Both the position numbers and the translations under genes were made by a program. A DNA stretch of 61,279 nucleotides, the filler included. It is 7 parts of 7 records of this genome, joined end to end, with 100 filler letters (N's around TTAATTAATTAA, not from the genome) between each part and the next. Parts side by side here need not be neighbours in the genome. Positions count along the whole stretch, not along the records: positions 1 to 19,215 come from SRR7504441_2801; positions 19,316 to 23,725 come from SRR7504441_2803; positions 23,826 to 27,391 come from SRR7504441_2804; 4 more parts are not named here. One strand, 5' to 3'. The notes beneath the pieces were generated by a model. The model saw only the letters and a program-made list of their open reading frames with translations, was not told where the DNA came from and searched no databases. Each line of letters opens with the position of its first letter. Positions within the stretch are counted from its first letter, which is position 1. Positions 13,090 to 23,893 of the stretch are shown in pieces.

Positions 13090-14939
13090 ATGGGCGTGTG
13101 CACCAGTGGCTGCGCCGACGCTGACCTAGCTGGGGTGGGTGGTGCCGCCAGCCGCCGCACTCACATCCCTGGGCAGTACTACGACGACGACGAGGACGAC
13201 GCGCCGTCGGGGGCTGGCAGCTTCGTGCTCGAACTGGTCGAGGCCCGCTGGCCGGCCCAGGCGGGCGGTGCGCAACCCGCCTGGCGCCCGAGCTGGAGCG
13301 GTGGGGCCAGGCGGGGCCCCGGATCTGTACTGCACTTTCTGGCTGGAAGATGGGCAGGACGGATTTACCAAGGGCAAGGCACCCGCCAGGCTCGGCCGGC
13401 AGGCCAGTTGAGGCAGGTGCACCGAACGCTCACGCGGCGGCGGAGCTGGTGCCCTGTCTGGCGGAGTCTCCGCTCGATGGGGGCTGGTTCGGTGCGGGCC
13501 GGCGCAGTGCGGGCCGAGCTGGGCGCAGGAGCCGCAAGATACGCTGGAGGTCGAGTTGTGGGACCGGCGCCGGGCCGACCCGCTGGCCTGGGTCAAGGTG
13601 GCCGGCTGGCCGGGCGGCAGCATCTGGTGGGCAGATCCCGCTGGCCGATTTGGACGTGAAGCCACAGTGGTTCCCGATGGGCGATCCGCAGGCATCCAGA
13701 GCTATGGCGGTGAGCGAGCCCGGACAGGTCAACCAGAAGCGCCGGCCGCAGTACGCTCCGATCGAGGAGGATAGCGTCCGGTGCGCTGTGAACGTGCGGT
13801 ATATCCCGGGCGAGCCTGCTGCCCGCAAGACGGTTTATTTCATACGGTGACGGTTTTAGAGTGCTCTGTGAGCCCGCTGCAGCCACGGGGAATCCGTTTG
13901 GAACAAGGCGCAGAAGGAGAAACAGATCAGCAAGATGCTCGGGTTTGACCATCCGCTCAACGAGGAGGGCATCCGACAGGCCCAGAAGCTCAATACGCTC
14001 TGGAAGCAGTCGCTGGCCTCCGGCAGCCAGCACAGCGCAGCAGTCCGTGGGTTTCTCGAATCAGATTTGGTGCTCTGCTCGCCGCTCACACGCGCTCTCC
14101 AGGTGGGCTCTGCAGGCTTGGCTGAATGGCCGGGCAGACGGCGTTGGTCGGGCTGGAGGGCCTGGATGCGATGCAGCGCGATGGAGTCACGCTCTGGCGC
14201 TGCGTGCGCGAGGCGAGAGCCTGGCTGCACAGCGCGGCGAGCCGGGGCCAGGTCAAGGGAATTGGGGGCCTGGACTGCGTCGGGTCGTCGCTGGGGGTTG
14301 GGATAGCGCGTCGCGCCGAGGTGGCTGGCTAGGTGGGGTCTGAGTGACGGCCGGGCAGCAAAGCCTCGCGGAGCTGATGGATCCTGTTGAGGCACAGAAG
14401 CTGATGGTGGTGGTAGACCCAGCTGATACAGTATCCGAGTGGTGGACAGGCCCTGATCCCGGCCTGCGGAGCTCACCGGATGCCAGGTGTAGACGATCAC
14501 GACACCAACAACTCACTCAGTGCACTGGCAGCTCACCCGCCGGGCTGACCGCGCGGCAGGCGACCGATTCACCGAAGTGCGGAACACGCTGCGGTACAGC
14601 CAAGCCCGCTCGCCGATCATTGTGGGCCACTCGAATTTCTTCAAGGAATTTTTCAATCGGTTCCTCAGTCCGACACTCATAAAGAGTTGCCCAGAGCTTG
14701 CTACACAGCTCAGGGTACGTTGGACATGCCCCGCAGCTAGCTCGGGCAGGAGAGCAAAATCTCGAATTGCGGCTGCGTGGCGGTTGATCTGGAATTCTCG
14801 CCGAACCCCATAGTCGGGGCGGTGGGGCGGCGGCGTGGGCGGCCGGCTGAGGTCAGTGCAGGCGACGACGCCGGATCTGCGGTTCTGTCAAGTGACTCAT
14901 GTCGAGCCGCTATTCGGCACTACCTTCACTGATATATGA
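13090..14939 (+). CDS. Putatively N-acylated C2-like domain + histidine phosphatase (phosphoglycerate mutase superfamily)
   Basis: N-terminus MGVCTSGC. C2-like strands (LELVEARW, PDLYCTFWL, LEV ELWD, IPLADL...PQWFPM). Spliced KTVYFIR|HGES...DHPLNEEGIRQA...LCSPLTRALQ...IIVGHSNFF carries the catalytic RHG and second His. Confidence 0.8.
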
Positions 14940-15164
14940 CGGGCAGTTCGGCTGGACAATTCATGATCAAATCATGCCCGCACTCCTAGATCCTGGCCTA
15001 GTCTACGACATTTGCAGGTGTGCACCGTGTGCACCGGTAGTGCACACCGGTACCGAGTCTTGTCATACAAGTTATGTAGCGGGTGTGCATAAGAATAAGA
15101 TGCGGAATCTGCATTTTAATCTTCGTCTAACGAAGAGCTTAACTGAAATCCAAGGGAAGGATTT

Positions 15165-16649
15165 CTAAGCAAAGGCAACAACAACCGTTGCAATCGCAAT
15201 TGCGCCCATCATCCGGACCCAGTCAGACCCACAGCTCACCGCGCTGCTTCTCACTTCTTGGTAACGGCTCAGCGAGAGCACATCGCCTCCCACAAACCGC
15301 CAGCCATCTCCGGTGGCATTCGATTTGAAGGTCTCGCTCGCCGCCATCAGCTCAGCGTTGGACAGCGACCACACGTCGGAGGGGACGGTGATCTTCACGA
15401 CCTTGGCAGATAGCTCGGTGGCGGCAAGCTCGGACCAGCCTGTTGTGGAGGCCTGAGGAAGCATGCTGGTCACCTCTTCCTCGGTGGCTTTGAATCCAAT
15501 GTATGCAACACTCGCATCCAACGAAACCGAAACAGAGGTCGCGTCCGGATTATCAACGGCCGGCCCGCATTTGGTCAGATCGTAGGTGCACACCGAGGGG
15601 CATCCGCTGGCTGCACCAGTCTGCTCCGCGCAGCATTGCGGCCCGCCCCACCCTCGGCCAGCTCCCACACCGCCGGATGCAGACTCATTAGAGCCCCCAG
15701 GGCTGTACACTCCCAGCTTGTAGACCGGGAGCTGGAAGTCGCCGGCCGCGAACACCAGGCCGTGCTGGCACTGGAGCCCGGTAACCTGACCTAGCTTCAC
15801 GGAGCATACTCGATCCCCGGATTCGGTGTCGGGGACAGATTTCCAGTTGGCAACGCACTGGTCGCCGCAGCCGGTCGCTAGCGGGTCGAGCGCCTTGACT
15901 CCAAAGGAGCCCCCGACGTAGATCTTGCCGCCGCACTTGGTGGTGATGGCCCGCACGTTAAATGCGGAGCATTTACACAGGCCCGAGAGCGGCGCAGGAG
16001 TTGGACTCGAGGGGTTGGTGCCGGCGATCGTGACAACATTGAAGTATCCGGCCCCGCTTTCCTCCGACGCCCCGCCTCCGATCGACACCTGGGTGTCCGA
16101 ATAGCTCTCGATCGAACGTATCGGCAGCTGGGCGTCGTCGGGTCCTGCTTCGGGGGCCAAACCGGCCCAAATGCCGGTATACGGATCATAGTAGGCGAAA
16201 TGGGAGAGGGCGGTGGTAGTGGAGGTGACATCGGCGTAGAAGCGGCCGCCGATGAACACCCGGCCAAGGTGGACCAAGATGGCGTTCACTTGATTGGTGG
16301 TGTAGTTGAGCATCTGCAGCCCGTGGTAGCTGCTCTGCCAGCTGCTCCCGTCCCAGTGCAGCAGCCCCCGGAAGCTCCCGTCCTCGGTGGCCTGCCCGCC
16401 CACCAGTAGCTGCGTCCCTTCGTTGGTGAGCGAGGCCACGGCGTGGAGCGAGCCGGCAACGTCCGGGAAGGTTCGGTGCGACATCGGGCCGCTCTGGGGA
16501 TTCTGGGCCTCCACAAGGTGCCCGGCCTCGCCGGATGTACTCCCCACCAGTCGCGTGAACCCGCCCGCCACGAACAGAGGGTCCTCGCCGGTCACCAGCC
16601 CGAGGAATGCCGCCAGCGCCAAGGCCGCGACGCGAGGCACTCTCCCCAT
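15165..16649 (-). CDS. Secreted / likely GPI-anchored beta-propeller-like surface protein (Rax2/kelch-like repeats), intronless
   Basis: Signal peptide MGRVPRVAALALAAFLGLVTG. Repeated strands of the type LFVAGGF, LLVGG, VFIGGRF, IYVGGSF, VFAAGDF. Cys-rich segments and a hydrophobic C-terminus with no cytosolic tail. Confidence 0.65.
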   Translation of the reverse strand: MGRVPRVAALALAAFLGLVTGEDPLFVAGGFTRLVGSTSGEAGHLVEAQNPQSGPMSHRTFPDVAGSLHAVASLTNEGTQLLVGGQATEDGSFRGLLHWDGSSWQSSYHGLQMLNYTTNQVNAILVHLGRVFIGGRFYADVTSTTTALSHFAYYDPYTGIWAGLAPEAGPDDAQLPIRSIESYSDTQVSIGGGASEESGAGYFNVVTIAGTNPSSPTPAPLSGLCKCSAFNVRAITTKCGGKIYVGGSFGVKALDPLATGCGDQCVANWKSVPDTESGDRVCSVKLGQVTGLQCQHGLVFAAGDFQLPVYKLGVYSPGGSNESASGGVGAGRGWGGPQCCAEQTGAASGCPSVCTYDLTKCGPAVDNPDATSVSVSLDASVAYIGFKATEEEVTSMLPQASTTGWSELAATELSAKVVKITVPSDVWSLSNAELMAASETFKSNATGDGWRFVGGDVLSLSRYQEVRSSAVSCGSDWVRMMGAIAIATVVVAFA

Positions 16650-17119
16650 CGAACACAGCAATAAACCTGGTCAGTTCATTCACATTCATCGGGGGGGGGG
16701 GGTCGAACTCACAAAAATCCTGCGATGAGATTTCTGTTCAATTTTGTGCGGCGGGTGGTCAACGTTTCTTGAGCGGAACCTTAGACACCTAAAGCATTGA
16801 AAACAGGTACCCGAGGCTCGGGACATATGCGGTGGACGCCTACAGTCTATAGACTCCATAGGGTACCCAAAGGTTAGCGATTCGAAGCAAGTCGAGTCTG
16901 AGTCGATAAAAATCACGATCACGACCGAATCAAATTGAATGTCAGGTCTGAGAAGCTTGAGATTCGCAATCTAAACTTGTGCCGCGCTCTTTCCACGGCG
17001 ATGGACCGCACTGTTCAGAAGCGCCCCGAAGATCTGGAAGAACAACAATGTTTTATGTACACGAGCCGACAATTCAATCAAACCGGCTCCCAACAATCAA
17101 ACCAGAGTGCTCACCGCCG

Positions 17120-17719
17120 TCATGCGCTGAGCGCCCGACTCCTAACATCGAGCGCGCCGATGTCCGGCAGCTCGCCGTCCGAGATGTAACCTGAATCCCG
17201 CGGCACGCAACTGGCATCCGCCGGCCGGCCTGGAGCCGCCGGCTCGTCCTCCCAGCAGCTGAGCTGCCCGCCCTCCTCCCTGATCTCCTCAAGGAAGGAG
17301 AGCACTCCCCCGCGCCCCACCGGCGACCCCACCGGCGAGACGTCTAAAAAGCTCACGTGCCGTAGCGTGTGCCCCTCGAAACCGCTCTCCACTGGCGGCT
17401 CCTCCTCCCCGGGGCCATACACCGGGGCCCCGGACTGCATGTACTCCGGGCAAGAATTCCAACGGCGATGGCCCTTCCCCCCGGCCGGCCCGCCCTCCTT
17501 GGACCATCCCAGCCTCCGCTTGACAGAGCCCAGCCATAACCGCCACCCCGCGGGCGGCTCGCCACCCTCGGAGTTGTACTCCGAGTCATCCTCGACCACG
17601 ACTACTTGCTCGAGCCCGTCGGTCGAACCGCCCACGGACCGGCCCAGCCACTCGGGGCTCGGGCCGGGCTCCTCCTCGTCCTCGCGGGCGGCTGTCCCGC
17701 AGAGCAGGAGTTGGCCCAT
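17120..17719 (-). CDS. Orphan acidic/disordered protein
   Basis: Intronless ORF; likely start MGQLLLCG at 17719; Glu/Gly/Pro-rich; no recognisable domain. Confidence 0.5.
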   Translation of the reverse strand: MGQLLLCGTAAREDEEEPGPSPEWLGRSVGGSTDGLEQVVVVEDDSEYNSEGGEPPAGWRLWLGSVKRRLGWSKEGGPAGGKGHRRWNSCPEYMQSGAPVYGPGEEEPPVESGFEGHTLRHVSFLDVSPVGSPVGRGGVLSFLEEIREEGGQLSCWEDEPAAPGRPADASCVPRDSGYISDGELPDIGALDVRSRALSA

Positions 17720-17856
17720 TGGATGCGAACGACTATTTGGTAACTCAAAGACGCCGCCAAGAATAGAATAACGGCAATCCATCATAGGTCCGTTCGTTGG
17801 GAAACCTGCATGCGCAGGAGGAGAGAGACGCGCTGGCATTAGATCCATTGGCGCGG

Positions 17857-18369
17857 ATGGGATCGCACTGCTCGGGCAAGAAGCGGCCGACCGCGCGGCT
17901 GGATGAGGCCGAGTCGCCGCCCAGCCTGCCCTGCCACCCGGAGCCGGCCGAGCAGCCGGCGCGGTACACAGGGTTCAAGAGGCCTTTCAGCGAGCGGTCC
18001 AGCCAGTTCGCCAGGCGGCGGGAGGAATACAGCGGCTGGCTGCAAGGGCAGCGGCCGCAGGAGGAGGATTTCGATCAAGAAATAACCCTGCGCCAGACCC
18101 AGTGCGGCCCGCCCGAGTGGCCGACCGAAGGAGGGGTGGTCTTCGCGTTCTTGGCCCACCAGATCGTGAGCTGCGACAAGGTGATCATGCCGGACAAGCC
18201 TGCCCAGCCCGCCAGCCCGGTCCTCCGCCGGCCTCCGTCGGACACGCAGAGTTGCGAGGAGTCCGCCGCCCTGCAGGAGCTGGACCGGCCGGTCTGCCAT
18301 GCGGCGGTCACTCAATCGGAGGGCTACGCGGACGCCTGGGGCGGACAGATAAGACCGGAGCCTTGCTGA
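17857..18369 (+). CDS. Orphan disordered protein
   Basis: ORF starting MGSHCSGKK, divergent from the previous gene; no recognisable domain. Confidence 0.5.
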   Translation: MGSHCSGKKRPTARLDEAESPPSLPCHPEPAEQPARYTGFKRPFSERSSQFARRREEYSGWLQGQRPQEEDFDQEITLRQTQCGPPEWPTEGGVVFAFLAHQIVSCDKVIMPDKPAQPASPVLRRPPSDTQSCEESAALQELDRPVCHAAVTQSEGYADAWGGQIRPEPC

Positions 18370-18673
18370 GGAGCCGAGCCTGGGTTCGGGTAAGGCCTGA
18401 GCATGGCGTGTACATAATTGTGACCAGCAACATGAAACGAATCGAGCTCATTCGGCTCTGGGGGCTTACTCTCGCACTCTTGAATTAGATTCAATGAAGA
18501 TCGGTCATGCAAGAAGCGCTCTGAGTGTACGCCGTGTCCGAATACGCTGTGGAAGATTCATGTTCACATACGAATAACGTACACGAATCAGATTGCCGGA
18601 TAAATCCGCTCGCCTGATCGTCTCGAACGACATGATTAAATTAGTTTAATTAATGTACAACCCAGCAGATAGC

Positions 18674-19168
18674 TCAGCCACTACACAGCTCACTGTCGCG
18701 TGTCGAGAGACCGGGTGCTTCAATCTCGATACCGTGTCTTCTCAAGAGTGGATTTGTATGGAAAGGAGGCTCCTCGATCTCTGACTGGGCGGCCGGTGGG
18801 GACGGCTCACGCGAAGGCGGCCAGGTGACCCGACTGGACGGCCGCTCGGCGGGCTCTATACTCGGAGTCCGACTGCCGTACTCGGAGTCCGACTCCTGGC
18901 TGCCCGGCCAGGAGTGCCGCCTCTCCCTGCGTGCTCCGCCGTTCTCTTGCTCCAGGAATAAAAGAATTCCGCTCGCGTGCTCCGGCCACTCAAACTGGAA
19001 GACCCGGATGTGCCGCAAGGTGGCTTCGCTCTCAAAGTCCTCCTCCTCCTCCTCTCGCTCTCCAGAGCCGAACAGATACTCTCCTCCTCTCCAGAAGAGT
19101 TCATGATTCCGCCTGAACTCGGCAAGCTCCATCAACTCGACCGGGCTGATCCCTTCGAGCTGCGACAA
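18674..19168 (-). CDS. Orphan acidic protein (5' end possibly cut by spacer)
   Basis: 164-aa Glu/Ser/Arg-rich ORF followed by an AT-rich 3' region; no recognisable domain. Confidence 0.45.
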   Translation of the reverse strand: MSQLEGISPVELMELAEFRRNHELFWRGGEYLFGSGEREEEEEDFESEATLRHIRVFQFEWPEHASGILLFLEQENGGARRERRHSWPGSQESDSEYGSRTPSIEPAERPSSRVTWPPSREPSPPAAQSEIEEPPFHTNPLLRRHGIEIEAPGLSTRDSELCSG

Positions 19169-19215
19169 GGTCGAGTTGCTCGGGAGAGCGGGTTGGCTCG
19201 AATTCCCCGGCCTCC

Positions 19216-19315
19216 NNNNNNNNNNNNNNNNNNNNNNNNNNNNNNNNNNNNNNNNNNNNTTAATTAATTAANNNNNNNNNNNNNNNNNNNNNNNNNNNNN
19301 NNNNNNNNNNNNNNN
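19216..19315. other. Artificial contig spacer (N44-TTAATTAATTAA-N44)
   Basis: N runs flank a 12-mer with stops in all six frames. The identical 100-nt block recurs six times in the window. Confidence 0.97.
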
Positions 19316-19323
19316 CACCGAAG

Positions 19324-19336
19324 CCGTTGTCAACGG
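19324..19336. promoter_or_regulatory. Palindromic CCGTTG-T-CAACGG element immediately upstream of the HINT ATG
   Basis: Perfect inverted repeat with a 1-nt spacer. Confidence 0.45.
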
Positions 19337-19978
19337 ATGCTCATCAGCCTGGTCCTCTCGGCAGCAGTAGTCACAGGCATGCCGGAACGAGAGGCACAGC
19401 CGGGTCAGGAGGAGTGCGGCGCGAGCCAGGGGCCGGTCGACGGTGCCTGGGCCCTGCTGCCGGCTAGCTGGCTCTGCTCGATCGAGTCTTGCGCCGGTCT
19501 AAGCGTTTGGGGGCAGAGCCGACCATCTTCGATAAGATCCTGGCGGGCGAGATCCCAAGCAACAAGGTGTACGAGGACGACGTGGCCTTCGCGTTCAGGG
19601 ACATCTCCCCCACCGCCCCGGTCCACGTACTGGCGCGCCGGGCACATCAGGGCAGGGCTGACGGGAGTGCAGGTGATCCCCAAGGTGAAGGACGGCCTCA
19701 ATCACCTCTCGGACGTGCCGGGCGGCTGGGCCGGGTGAGCCGCGGGGCAGGCGCAGGAGCACCACAAGTCTAAGCTCGGCCACCTGATGTTTGTCGCCCA
19801 GCAGATTGGAGCTGCCGAATGCCCGAATGGCTTCCGAGTTGTGGTGAACAACGGCGACGATGGGCTGCAGTCAGTCAACCACCTGCACTTGCACGTGATC
19901 GGTGCTGCCGGCGGTGGGGGGTGTCGGGCGAGCCGCGGGGCAGGCGGCCAGAAGCTCTCGTGGCCTCCGGGGTGCTAG
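19337..19978 (+). CDS. HINT: Histidine triad nucleotide-binding protein (HINT) with hydrophobic N-terminal extension
   Basis: Spliced: [43 protein letters not shown]...LGHLMFVA...[34 protein letters not shown]. Four introns, including GC-AG at 19633-19672. Confidence 0.95.
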
Positions 19979-20386
19979 CGGGTAGCATGGAGAGGGCTGA
20001 TCTAGCTCAAAGATATTGCGATGATAGGAGGGACCTGCGGGCCGACTGGTGCTCCATATGTGCTCCATGAGGCGTGTAGCATACGCGAGACAAACCCGAG
20101 AGATGTATGATGAGAGGGTCATCTAGCATGGGCCTCGATTGAATGAATTATGAATGAATTCAGCTCGTGCGTGATCATGCCATGCATTCGTGCTTTAGCT
20201 CGTTTAGTTAGAGGTGTGTGGGGCTTACTGAGTCTCATGTGGCCTTGCCTTGATGTCATTGAATTATGAAGTGTTGTCGGTCTCCAGTCGTAGGGCTCGG
20301 CAGCGGTGGGTCTTGAGACACCCTTCAGTTGGCAACAATTTTGTAAATGTGCAAAATGCCAGACGCTGAGCGGTGAGTGGAGGTGG

Positions 20387-23300
20387 ATGGAGTGGCAGGA
20401 GGAGATCGAGAGCAAGCAGCGCGAGCTGGCCGCCCTGCACGCCAAGCGGGTCCGCGAGCTCGAGGCGGCAGCCGGCCGGCACGAGGCCGAGCTCGAGCTC
20501 CAGCGGACTAAGTTCGGCAAGCTCAAGGAGGATTTCAAGTTCAACCTGGACCTGCTCGAGGCCCGGGTCCGTTACCGCCCCCCATCCGGCTGAGTCCCGG
20601 CAGGACCGCGAGCTGGAGCGGTACGATCAGTCGTTCAAGGAGCTCCGGGACATGATCACCGACAAGGAGCGCCAGTTGAGCGAGAGCCGGGTGGATGCGG
20701 CCGAGGGCCGGTCGCGGGCCGAGCAGCACAACGCGGCCCGCGAGGAGATCCAGCGGGAGATGAACGCCCGACTGGCCGAGGCGCGCAGCCAGAGCGAATC
20801 GGCCAAGTGGCGGCACGAGGACGAGTTGAGGCGGGCGCGGTGATCTGGCGGGCGGTGCGCAGCCGACGGTGGACAGGGAGGAGACGGATGGGGTGCGGCG
20901 GGAGGTGGAGCGGCGGGCCCGGGAGGCGATACAGGCGCTCGAGCAGCAGCGGGCTGAGCTGGGCAGCAACCACGAGGTGCGGGCGGGCGGGCTGGATCGG
21001 TGAGGTCTGTCCAGATGGAGCTGCGGGAGCGGGACGGTGAGCTGCGACGGGTGCAGGCCGAGCTCGGCAGGCAGCTGGAGGAGGCCAGGGAGGCACTCAA
21101 GGGGCGGAGCGCCGAGCTGGAGGAGGCGGCGCGCCGAGAGAGCCGGCTAGTGGAGGAGGCGGCGGCTGTGCAGAGCCAGCTGGAGCGGGAGGCCGCTGCG
21201 AGGGCCGGGGTAGAAGAGGAGCGGGCGTGCGAGCTCGAGCTGCACACCGCCCAGCAGCGCCAGCTCCAGGAGATGGTGCCGCCCAGCCGTGGTGCGGAGT
21301 GATGGTCGGCACAGGTGGCACAACTGCAGCGAGCAGCCGAGGATGCAGACGAGAGACACGGGACAGCCAGCGCAGGGGCCGAGCGGCAGCAGCGGGAGTT
21401 GGCCCAGCAGTGCGCTGTGCTGGAGAGTCAACTGGAGAGTCTGACCGCGCAGCGGGCGGCCGATCAGGAGGCAGCGCAGAACGAGAGATCGAGGCAAGCG
21501 CTGGAGGCTGATGGCCTGAGGAGCCGAGCGGAGGCCGGGAAGGAGGAGCTGGAGGGGTTACGGGCACAACTGCGTCAGACCACGTGGAAGACTGAGGAGC
21601 TTGAAAGGGCCAAGGAGGCCGAGTCGGCGTCGCTGAAAAGCGGGATCTCACAGGCATCGGGCTGGTGTGGCCTGGGTGAGCTGGGCTTGCAGGTGCAGCG
21701 GGCACATGAGGAGGCGATGCGGGTGATGAAAGAGGACTCCTGGGCCAAGGACTTGGAGTTGGCAGGGATGCGCGAGAGGTGTCCCGAGTGCGGGCCGGGC
21801 TGAGCCTGTGGGCAGGTCTCTACAGTCCAAGCAGCAGCTGGACGAGGCCCGGGCCGAGCTGGATGAAGCCAGGGCAGACGGGCGGGCCGGGCTGGAGCGT
21901 GAGCATGAGCTTAAGAAGACGCTGATGCAGCTCCGGAGAGAGAAAGAGCAAGGCGTGCTCGATAGCGAGGCGATTCAGGCGAGGCTAGGCTAGCACTGGG
22001 GCCAATGCTGGGCAGGAGCAGCTGGCTCGACTCAAGCACAATCAGGCCGGGCCGGTCGAGGCGGTCGACCCTGAGCTTGAGGCCAAATGCGCGAGGCTGG
22101 AGAGTCAGCTGGCAGCGGCGACTGCGGAGCTCAGGCTGCTCAAGCAGCCACTAAGTGCTCTCCCAACCCCGACCACTGTACAGAGTGGGCTTTCTGATAA
22201 ATCGTTCTTCAAGGCGTTGGAATCGCCGATGGCGCTGTCGCCGTCTCCTGTGGAGGCCACTGGGACGCGAGAACAGGAGCTTGAGAGTCAGAATGAAGCG
22301 CTGCGAGCGGTGGTGGCCAAGATGCGCACAGACGTCGAGCAAATGCTCACTGCACCGGTCAGGCGGCCTGTGCTGCAGTGTTGTTGAGCACGGTGGGCAG
22401 GGCAAATCTGACAGAGAGGCCGAGCTGGAAGACAGGCTGGCCGCTGCTGAGGCATACGCCGAGATGCTGAGCGCCAAGGTGCAGGCTGCAGGTCGGTGCC
22501 GTCTCGCACAGCGCTAACAGGCTTGTGCTGCAGGCAGCGGGAGTGCGGGGCCCGCCGGTTGGCTCCAGCCTCAATATGTTCTCGACGGAGCGGAGACGGC
22601 AGAGTTGAGAGCCCAGGTGGTGAGCATCGAGGAGGATCGGACCAAGCTGCGGGCCAAGATCACCGAGCAGGCTGCAGCTGCCTCCCAGACCGAGCAGCTG
22701 CTGATAACGGCGCGCGAGGAGGCAGCCGCTGCGCAGGAGAAGGCTGAGCGCGGATCCGTTGCGCTGGTGGCTGCACAGGAGCAGCTCGAAGGGGCACGTC
22801 AAGAGATTGGGCGTCTGAGGGCAGAGCTTGAGTCTGCGGGCGGCAGCCCGCAGGAGTTGGTGCCAGCTAGTGTGAGCACAGCTGACGGTGAATCCAGGTT
22901 GAGCGGCTGCAGACACAGGTTGCCGAGCAGCAGACCGAGCTGCTCCAGCTGCGAGGCCGAGGAGGTGGGAGGAGCGCTCCAGAGCTCGAGCAGCAGGCGA
23001 TTCTGGCCTGGCATTGCGGCCGTTTGACTGGTGGCCAGGTGGAGACTCTGAGCACCAAGCTGGGGATTGCAGTTTCGGACGTGGCGCGGCTCACAAAGGA
23101 GCGCGACAAGCTGATTGAGATCTCGAACAGACGGCAAGCATCGCTCGCCAAAGATGTGTCAGAGCGCGAGGAGCAGCATGTGCACCGCAGGCGCCAGGCG
23201 GGAATGACATCTGGCACAGGTGGCGGCGCTGGAGGCAGCTGAAAGGGCGGGGCGGGAGACCCGGCAGCGGTATGAGACGAAAGTGAGCCAGGTGATGTGG

Positions 23301-23725
23301 CTTGGGTTGGGGTGGGTGTGAGGCTTGGCAGGTGGAGCAAACCATACAAGAGCTGGTAATCAGAAACAAGGAGCTCACTGAACAGCTCGACACGCGGGAT
23401 GAGAGGACGTCGGGCTCGAGACCAGGCGCACTGCTGCTTGATCTGGATGATGAGACGCACGATCGATTGGAGCCCGAGCCCTCTCGATACCAGATTAGAG
23501 GCGCCAACTCAGATGTACCAGACGAGCCACCCGAGCGACAAGGCCGACCGAGCAGGCTCGCCATCGCAGGGAGGCCAAAGCAGTCGACTGCCAGGACTGC
23601 GGCCCCGAAGGCACCAGTAGTGCGGAAGCCGAGGCCGAAGCAGCCGAGTGCGGCCCAACAGCGCGAGGCTTTGATGCAAAAGAGGAAAGCGCTAGTAGAG
23701 AAGACCTCTAGCTTGCATGCAAAAT
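20387..23725 (+). CDS. CCDC57: CCDC57-like long coiled-coil (centriolar) protein, 3' end truncated at spacer
   Basis: N-terminal KQRELAALHAKRVRELE...FGKLKEDFKFNLDLLEAR|DRELERYD matches the conserved CCDC57 motif (LKEDFxYNLxxLxERDxELERYD). Heptad-rich exons separated by short introns. Confidence 0.75.
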
Positions 23726-23825
23726 NNNNNNNNNNNNNNNNNNNNNNNNNNNNNNNNNNNNNNNNNNNNTTAATTAATTAANNNNNNNNNNNNNNNNNNN
23801 NNNNNNNNNNNNNNNNNNNNNNNNN
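23726..23825. other. Artificial contig spacer
   Basis: N44-TTAATTAATTAA-N44. Confidence 0.97.
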
Positions 23826-23893
23826 CCTCGAACACGCCGGTAACAGCAACGGACTTTACGCCCAGCGCGCCGCACCCGAGAGACCTCGGAGAA

